64,000 bases of DNA, from the IMG/VR virus record IMGVR_UViG_3300035126_000842, positions 58,314-122,313 of that record; one strand, 5' to 3'. Below, piece after piece: positions 17,281 through 24,500 of the stretch; position 1 is the stretch's first letter, and each line of letters begins with the position of its first letter. Made by a program: the position numbers and the translations under genes. The DNA comes from a virus. Under the pieces are notes generated by a model. That model saw only the letters and a program-made list of their open reading frames with translations, did not search any database and was not told where the DNA came from.

Positions 17281-20022
17281 ATCTATAAACTCCAATTCTC
17301 CACCTGCTGCTAAAAACTCATAAATTTCATCGTCGGTCATATCTACCTCACCACCAAACTGCATACTCCCTGTTCCTACTGAAAACTTATCAAAGTAACC
17401 TAAACGATTCGGTTGTAAGAATCCTTGATTAGTAGTCCAATCTCCTCTGCTCATACTTTGACCAGGTTCTTTATAGTTTCTTTGAAACTGACTGTAGTCT
17501 GGAGTTTTTTCTAATAAGTTATTAAGAGCTTTAGTACCTAATAATATGTTATCAGCATTAGCTCCTTTCCACATTCTGCTAGCAAAAGCTCCTGCTTTTT
17601 GACCAAAAGAAGGTTTATCTGCAGCACCAGAATCTAATTTAATACCTTGCTTGCTTTGAGCAGAAGAACTTCCACTACCATCACCTCCTCCGTACATACT
17701 ACCGTCACCTTGTGGTGCTGCGTAAGATTGATTATCTAACCAATTTCTATATTGACCACTAAAAGCAGTAGATTCTAAAGGTTTATTTATACCAAATATA
17801 TCTTCATCTAACTGAGAATTAGCTGTCGCATACATACCTGAACCTATATTAGTTCTTGGTGCTTTACGACCATAAGTAATCATGTCTGATTCAACAGGAT
17901 TGTTAGGATCAAAAGGGTCTGCAAATTGTGCTTTAGGAAGGTAACCTCCATATTTCTTTTTGGTTGATTTACTATTTTTCATTTGATAAGCTTTTAATGC
18001 TTTTTGAGTTTCAGCTCCTAATACTCTATCAAAACTACCGTCTTCTTTAATTGAATTAGGTAATTTATAACCTATTTTAGATAAAGCATTTTGTAATGCA
18101 AATACAATTTTTTCAGAAGCTTCTGTTCCAATTAAATCAGGTGAAGATATTATACCTATTAGATTGTTAGCTTGATTTAAAACTTGCTCTGGTTTATTGA
18201 AAGAAATAGGTCTTAACCTAACACCTAAATCGTAATAGTCGTCATAAGTTCTACCTGTTACATCTATTGTTGGGTATTTTTCTTTTATTTTAAAAACAGC
18301 TCCTACAGGTGTTTGTATTCCTTTACTTCTAGGTATTCCAAAAGCATCACACACATTATCCGCACAATTATTTGTAAATAAATTCCAATCAGAAGGTTTA
18401 AATTCAGTTTCACCAGCAAGCCACCCAAATTCTCCCATAGGTAATGACATGGCTTTATTGTAAATCTTATTCTGGTCTGCTCCATAAACATAATATGAAC
18501 GCTCTCCTTCTCTTTTTGCTCTCCCTATACCAAATGGGTAATTACCAGCTTTACTATAATCTATAGATGCCGATTCAGGATCGTTTGTAACAGAAACAGA
18601 AACATGACCAGGTATATATTTACCAAACATAGGATATAAATTAACCTGTGACGGATGATTCTGCTCAATAGAATGTACAGGTTTTCCTTTTACACCATAT
18701 GCACCAACTTCTTGTCTTGGAGTTCCTGCATATTTAGTATTATATCTTTTACCTTTATACATAAATTCTTGTTCTCCTGCTTTTTTCGCAGCAGAATAAG
18801 CTGTATTAAAATCACCTTTATCAGAATAATCTGCTACATCCCAATTATAAGGATTTGCCCATGAGGGTATAAAGTTTCCTATAGATTGAGCTTTAGGTAA
18901 ATAACCTCCGTATTTTTTTTTATTTTTCTTTTGCCAATTTTCAAATGCAATTTTAGTATCTGTTCCCCAAATTCCATCATATGTTCCATCTTTTTTAAGA
19001 GAAGAGGACATATCATAACCTTGTTCACTTAAAGCTTTTTGTAAAATTCTTATATTATGTTGATTTTCATACGGACTAAAAGCTTTATTTTTGTATTTTT
19101 CTAAAACTTGTTGTCTTGCATATGCAAAATCTGCAGAATTTTCAAAATCATAATCTCTAAATAAAATTCTTTGTTTTAAAGGAAATCCTTGTGATTCATG
19201 TACATATTCAATGCTTTTAGGATCCTTGTACATTTTCTCATCATATCCAACCCAGTCATTTAATGTTTTATCATAAAAAACATTATTTCTTTTAAGATCC
19301 TCGTTTAGTTTATTTAGAAACCCTTCTGACCCCCAATCTTTTGACTGTCTAGAATGTAATAATTCTTCTATATAATCATCTATAAGATTTGCAGTATCTA
19401 TTTTTGTTACGTTAGGATCTTGATTAAGACCAAAAATATACATTTTATTATCTTCATTAGAATAATTAGCTCTTCCATAATCTCCACTTCCATGATTTTG
19501 CGATTCAGAAGATTCTATTGAAACAAGTGGATTACCATATCTATAATGTAAATTTAAAACATCTTTATATCTTGTTTCAGGATCACCGTATGTTTTTCTA
19601 TGCCCTTTTATATTACCAGGAGTTATATTTTTTTCTTGATTTATAAAATAATTTTTTAAATAGTTTTTGAAAAAATCAGGTGATTTTTGTTCAGCAATTT
19701 CCCAAGGTTCTAGTTTTTTACCACTATCTTTTACAGCAAAACGTTTACCGTTCCACATAAACTCATTTGCTCCTTCTTTTTTTGCACCAGCATATGCTTT
19801 ATTAAAATCTTTCTCATGACTATAATCAGATACTCCCCAGTTTAATGGGTTAGTCATCATTGCGCGACGATTCTGTATTTGTTTATATTTAGCATCGTCT
19901 ATTCCATAAAAAGCTCTACCTGCAGCTACTAATGCATTATTAAATTGTTGCAATAAAGAAACATCCTCTTCTTTTTTAGATCCTGCTATTTGATACTTAC
20001 GCAAATAACCTTTTCTTTTCAT
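17278..20022 (-). CDS. 914 aa modular virion protein: two cassettes, each with a catalytic-type domain plus a peptidoglycan-binding-like domain
   Basis: Duplicated NPxNW..DY..KxDFNxAY..AKK.G..EFM..GKR leader. EELLH zincin-like motif in cassette 1; H...NNCAD papain-like motif in cassette 2. Two LQ.AL...GY......DG..G..T..A segments typical of PG_binding_1. Confidence 0.65.
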   Translation of the reverse strand: MKRKGYLRKYQIAGSKKEEDVSLLQQFNNALVAAGRAFYGIDDAKYKQIQNRRAMMTNPLNWGVSDYSHEKDFNKAYAGAKKEGANEFMWNGKRFAVKDSGKKLEPWEIAEQKSPDFFKNYLKNYFINQEKNITPGNIKGHRKTYGDPETRYKDVLNLHYRYGNPLVSIESSESQNHGSGDYGRANYSNEDNKMYIFGLNQDPNVTKIDTANLIDDYIEELLHSRQSKDWGSEGFLNKLNEDLKRNNVFYDKTLNDWVGYDEKMYKDPKSIEYVHESQGFPLKQRILFRDYDFENSADFAYARQQVLEKYKNKAFSPYENQHNIRILQKALSEQGYDMSSSLKKDGTYDGIWGTDTKIAFENWQKKNKKKYGGYLPKAQSIGNFIPSWANPYNWDVADYSDKGDFNTAYSAAKKAGEQEFMYKGKRYNTKYAGTPRQEVGAYGVKGKPVHSIEQNHPSQVNLYPMFGKYIPGHVSVSVTNDPESASIDYSKAGNYPFGIGRAKREGERSYYVYGADQNKIYNKAMSLPMGEFGWLAGETEFKPSDWNLFTNNCADNVCDAFGIPRSKGIQTPVGAVFKIKEKYPTIDVTGRTYDDYYDLGVRLRPISFNKPEQVLNQANNLIGIISSPDLIGTEASEKIVFALQNALSKIGYKLPNSIKEDGSFDRVLGAETQKALKAYQMKNSKSTKKKYGGYLPKAQFADPFDPNNPVESDMITYGRKAPRTNIGSGMYATANSQLDEDIFGINKPLESTAFSGQYRNWLDNQSYAAPQGDGSMYGGGDGSGSSSAQSKQGIKLDSGAADKPSFGQKAGAFASRMWKGANADNILLGTKALNNLLEKTPDYSQFQRNYKEPGQSMSRGDWTTNQGFLQPNRLGYFDKFSVGTGSMQFGGEVDMTDDEIYEFLAAGGELEFID

Positions 20023-20023
20023 A

Positions 20024-20752
20024 TTAGTACAATTCCATTAAGTCTTGTTCATCTAACTGACCACCAAACTCTTTAGCAAAGTTTTCTTCGCTTTTATTTT
20101 TTTCCTCATATGTGAGAACAAAATTTTTACAAAATTTATATATCTCATCATTCGTAAAATCGCTTTTCATTTGGTTTATAGCCATACATACTAATTGTGT
20201 ATTATTTTCTGTATATCCTTCGTTTGGATTTATTCTATCCACACTTAAATTAGTTGGAGTTCTTCCTGCATTTAATTCAAAAGTCATATCTAAATTTGAT
20301 AAGGCACATTTTCCTTTTTGTTTTATATATAAATCATGAAGAAATGCTTTACTTATAGAAAATTCTATATTAGATTTCAAAGATCTATCTACAGCACCTC
20401 TGTATCTACTAGTTAAAATTTTATCTAATTTTTTATCTTCAGAAAAAGAAGCATTTAATTTATGTTGTCGTATTTTATTACAATTATTGCATATATACCT
20501 TCTATAATTTCTTGTAGCATTTAAAGTGTTATTTGGTGTAAAAACAACTTCATCTTTGTAGTCAGCACATTTATGACACAATAACTTGCCTTCAAACCAC
20601 TCAGGTTTTAATTTAATAGAATCTTCGCATGTTCTACAAACCATGTGAAAAACCTCTTTGCTATGTATTCTAGAAGAACGATAGTTTTTTCTGTTTTCTG
20701 GCAAATTGACAGAACACTGATGACATATTTTATATGTAGTTGTTCCTTTCAT
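20024..20752 (-). CDS. HNH (His-Me finger) homing-type endonuclease
   Basis: Four CxxC pairs, then KQKGKCALS..NLSVDRINPNEGYTENNTQLVCMAINQMK, the SxDRI..GY..N..xC..N motif of phage HNH-type endonucleases. Sits between two GG-motif genes. Confidence 0.75.
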   Translation of the reverse strand: MKGTTTYKICHQCSVNLPENRKNYRSSRIHSKEVFHMVCRTCEDSIKLKPEWFEGKLLCHKCADYKDEVVFTPNNTLNATRNYRRYICNNCNKIRQHKLNASFSEDKKLDKILTSRYRGAVDRSLKSNIEFSISKAFLHDLYIKQKGKCALSNLDMTFELNAGRTPTNLSVDRINPNEGYTENNTQLVCMAINQMKSDFTNDEIYKFCKNFVLTYEEKNKSEENFAKEFGGQLDEQDLMELY

Positions 20753-20757
20753 AATAC

Positions 20758-21570
20758 TTAATCTTCTACGTATATATCTCCACCAAATTCATTTTTCCAT
20801 TTACTTGCTTGCCTAGCAAAGTTTGCTTTACGAACCATCGCGGTAGAATACTTATCTTTATTTCTAAGAATATGACGCGCTGCTTCTTGAACACTCATAC
20901 CCATTTTAGTAGCTTGAGCTTTGAATGTACCTTTTTTACGAGGGTCAATATGAATACCACCTTGCTTCATTTGATTCATACCACCCATTTCAAATAATGC
21001 TACAGGGTGCTGATAACCATTAGGTTCCATCATAGGGTGATTCATATAACCACCATAGTACCAAGAACCACCTTGCGCCATCATTGCTTGTTGTTCAGGT
21101 GGCATCATCTGCTGTTGCATACCTTGTTGAGGCATACCCTGTTGTTGTTGCATAGCTTCTTGAACAACCTGCGCCATTTGTTGTATAGCTTGTTGCTGTT
21201 GTTCAGGACTTAATTGCTGAAGTCTCTGCATAATTTCTTGGGGATCTACACCTTGTATCTCAGCAAACATTTGAATAATCTGCATTATTTGATCTTGCTC
21301 AGTACTCCCACCTTCTTGATATCTACTACCACCCATTCTCATCTGTTGCCCTTGACCTTGCTGTACTACTTGCATCATCTGCTGAATAGCTTGCTGTTGT
21401 TCTTTTGAAGATAATCCTTGCAGTTGTTGAATTATTTCTTCAGGATCAACACCTTGCATGTCTGCGAACATTTGAATTACTTGCATAATTTGGTCTTGTT
21501 CTGCAGAACCACCTTCTTGCATTTTTACATTACCACCGCACTTATAACAGGGTTTTGACGACTTTTTCAT
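20758..21570 (-). CDS. 270 aa Gln/Met-rich protein with nine xxxGG motifs, an internal duplication and a basic C-terminal module
   Basis: Two copies of QEGGSxEQDQIMQxIQMFAxxQGVDPxEI. C-terminal GGIHIDPRKKGTF..KANFARQASKWK module of a kind I recognise from crAss-like phages. Confidence 0.7.
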   Translation of the reverse strand: MKKSSKPCYKCGGNVKMQEGGSAEQDQIMQVIQMFADMQGVDPEEIIQQLQGLSSKEQQQAIQQMMQVVQQGQGQQMRMGGSRYQEGGSTEQDQIMQIIQMFAEIQGVDPQEIMQRLQQLSPEQQQQAIQQMAQVVQEAMQQQQGMPQQGMQQQMMPPEQQAMMAQGGSWYYGGYMNHPMMEPNGYQHPVALFEMGGMNQMKQGGIHIDPRKKGTFKAQATKMGMSVQEAARHILRNKDKYSTAMVRKANFARQASKWKNEFGGDIYVED

Positions 21571-21599
21571 ATAACTATAGTTTATCTAATTTACGAAAT

Positions 21600-24500
21600 T
21601 TATTTAGAAAATGGAACTTCATCTACATAATTTACACCAAGATACAAATATTCTTCACCTGGTAGCATTAAATTTGCTTTTCCATTATCTCCAATTGCTA
21701 AAACAGGATAGTTAATTCCTTCCATTGTAATTCTGTTAGAAGGAATTCTAGTTGTTTTACCAGGAAATTTTCTTTGTCCTTCAGGGTGTTCAATAGGAGT
21801 TTTACCTCCGTCTTGCCAAGTACCAAATCTTTTATGCCAGTACAAAGGACTAAACTGATCTTTAGCTTTAGCAGAATTTTTACCACCCATTCTGTCCCAG
21901 AATCTTTCTCTTCTTTCTTCTGAACCATGCTGGGTGTAATCTTTCATCCCTTTATAACCACCGTGCACTATTTTATATTTGTTGCCTTTTTTAGCAAGTA
22001 CCATCCATTTTTTACCAGGACGATTAGATTTGCGTTTTGCACCCACTTTAGTAAAACCTTGGTTTTTGTATCTATCAGGAATACCACCTTCTCTAAGAAC
22101 TTTAATATCTTCTATTTGATTGATGTCTTCTTCTTCGTAATCACCTAGTTCTGATAATCTATCAATCGCTTCTTCTACTAAAGAATCTACTACCTCTTCT
22201 GAATAACCAGTATCTACTAAAGAACCTGCTAACATATCAGGGTCTTCCCCATCAGCTATCATGGAAGCTATCTGAGCTAATAGATTATCAGTTTCTTTAT
22301 CGTATATATTACCGCCCATTTGTTCTTTAGAAATAGGATTATTTTGAGTATCTCTAGTCGGTTCAAACTCCTCCATTCTATCTCCTTCTACATAAGCTCT
22401 ACCTTTATTATAACCTATTGTGTTTTCAGGGTCGCTATCTAATCTTGTATCACCAGAAGCTATGTATATTTCATTACCTGAAGAGTTAAGTGCTGTATAT
22501 GGTTTACCAGCTAATCTTCTTTTTTCTTGTTTTTTATCCATTCCATAATAAAATTTCTGAGGAGGGTTTCTTGCAGGTTTTTGTATAGGAATATCTAAAG
22601 GTACAAATTCTCTTTCTGGTTTATCATAAGATATTTGAGTTATATTTCTTAATGGCATTTTTTTAAGCTTTGGCATTAATGGTTTTTGAAAAATAGGTTT
22701 ATAATAAGTGGTACTTTCAGTTGTTGTTGGATTTCCTACAGGTTGCCCGTATATTGTACCATATGAATTACTTCCAATTGGTACCATAGTTCTTCCTTGT
22801 TCGATAATTTTTTCTTCCCAAGATGTTGGTTTTATTCCATCTACTGAAAAGTTAGGATCTTTTTTTGTTTTCCAATACTCGTTTAATTTAACATTTGGTC
22901 TAGCATACATGTTATTTAAATAATATTTTCGATTAAGTCTATCCTTATAATCTTTACTTTCCATAATATCCTCTAATACTTTTACTTTTCCTTTATAAAA
23001 CTCTTCAGATAAGCTTTCAGGAACTCTTCCTTTAATTCTTAAAGAGTCTTTAGAAGTTTTTCTTTCTGTTTCTAAACCATACTTTTTAGCAAATTCTTTA
23101 ACAAATAAATCTTCATTATCAAATGCTTGTTGAGTGTATTTCTTAACTGCTTCATCGTGTTGAGTATATTCTTCAAATTCATTAGGGAATGTATTTTTGT
23201 CTATAATTAATTCATATTCTGGTTGTTCTTCATTATTATATTGATTATATAATTTTAGTTTTTTGTGATATTCTACCCAAGGGTCTATCTCTGATGAAGA
23301 CCCACCATCTCGTTTTTTTGCTCTATTTTTGCGTTGTTTTGCTAAAATAGATTCAATACCGTTTGTTACAATTAAAGGCGCTTCATCAGAATATACTTGA
23401 TCTAAATATTCTTCTACTAACTTAGCAAACATTTTGTCATCGAAGTCTTTGTAATCAAAACCAATGTAATTGTCTCCTACGTCATAACCTCTTTCTGTTC
23501 CATACCCTCTGTATTTCTTTCTAAAAAAATTCTTTACTTGTTCAATGTTTTCCTCTGTAAGATATTCTCTGGGTATTTCATCTAAATCTCTAAAGAATAT
23601 ATTTTTTATATGCTCGTTTCTTTTAGTTTCGTCTTTTATTCTATAAGGGTAATTAGAACCTTTGTAATACATGTCTATTAGATTCTCACCACCAGCTTGT
23701 TTTTTAGGTACATACTGTAATCTACCATCTTCTCTTTGTGTAAGTAATAGATCTTTTGTATAGGGACTAAGTTGACTTGCTAGCGCTTCATAAACAACAG
23801 AAGGGTGGTTTTTACTCTTTAACACTATACCATCTTTACCTACGCTAAATCCATGATACAAACCATCATCTTGTAACGGAAAAAACTCTGTGTCTTTTAC
23901 TTCTTTAAATGAATTAGGTTTTCCTGCAGCTTCCCACATGCCATACAAATCATAGTATGAGTAGTCTCCATATTTAAAGTTATCATCTCTTAAATTATTA
24001 GGAAGCGTTTTATTAAAAGCTGTAAACTTAGTCCAGTCTTCAGGATTCTCTCCTCCTTCTCGATATTTAGGTCCTTTCTCGTTTTTAAAATGAGTTTCGT
24101 AAGACCTATCTATACCGACAGGGTTTTTCTTACCCATATAAGATACTCCTTCTTGTAGTGCGTTTATAGCTAAGTCACCCCAAAAAGGTGCTGGTGATTT
24201 TAATCCTTCTAAAGCAATGTTAACTGTTCTTGCATAATCGCTAGGATTATTTTCTAGTATTTGAGTTGTTGCATTATAAGCGGGACCTACTACATTAACT
24301 TGGTCAGCTAAAGTTTGTTTAAGTATATTTCCGGCAGGTGTATTAAGAAGTTTAGTTAACCAGTTTTCAGTTTCTCCTCCTCCTTGATACATATACTCTT
24401 TATCTTGATATGGTACTCCTGTTGTTGAAGTAGGAAAAAAACCACCCATTTCTTTCTTCTCATTTCTAATCTTTCTTTCCTGTTTTAACATTTCAGCGGT

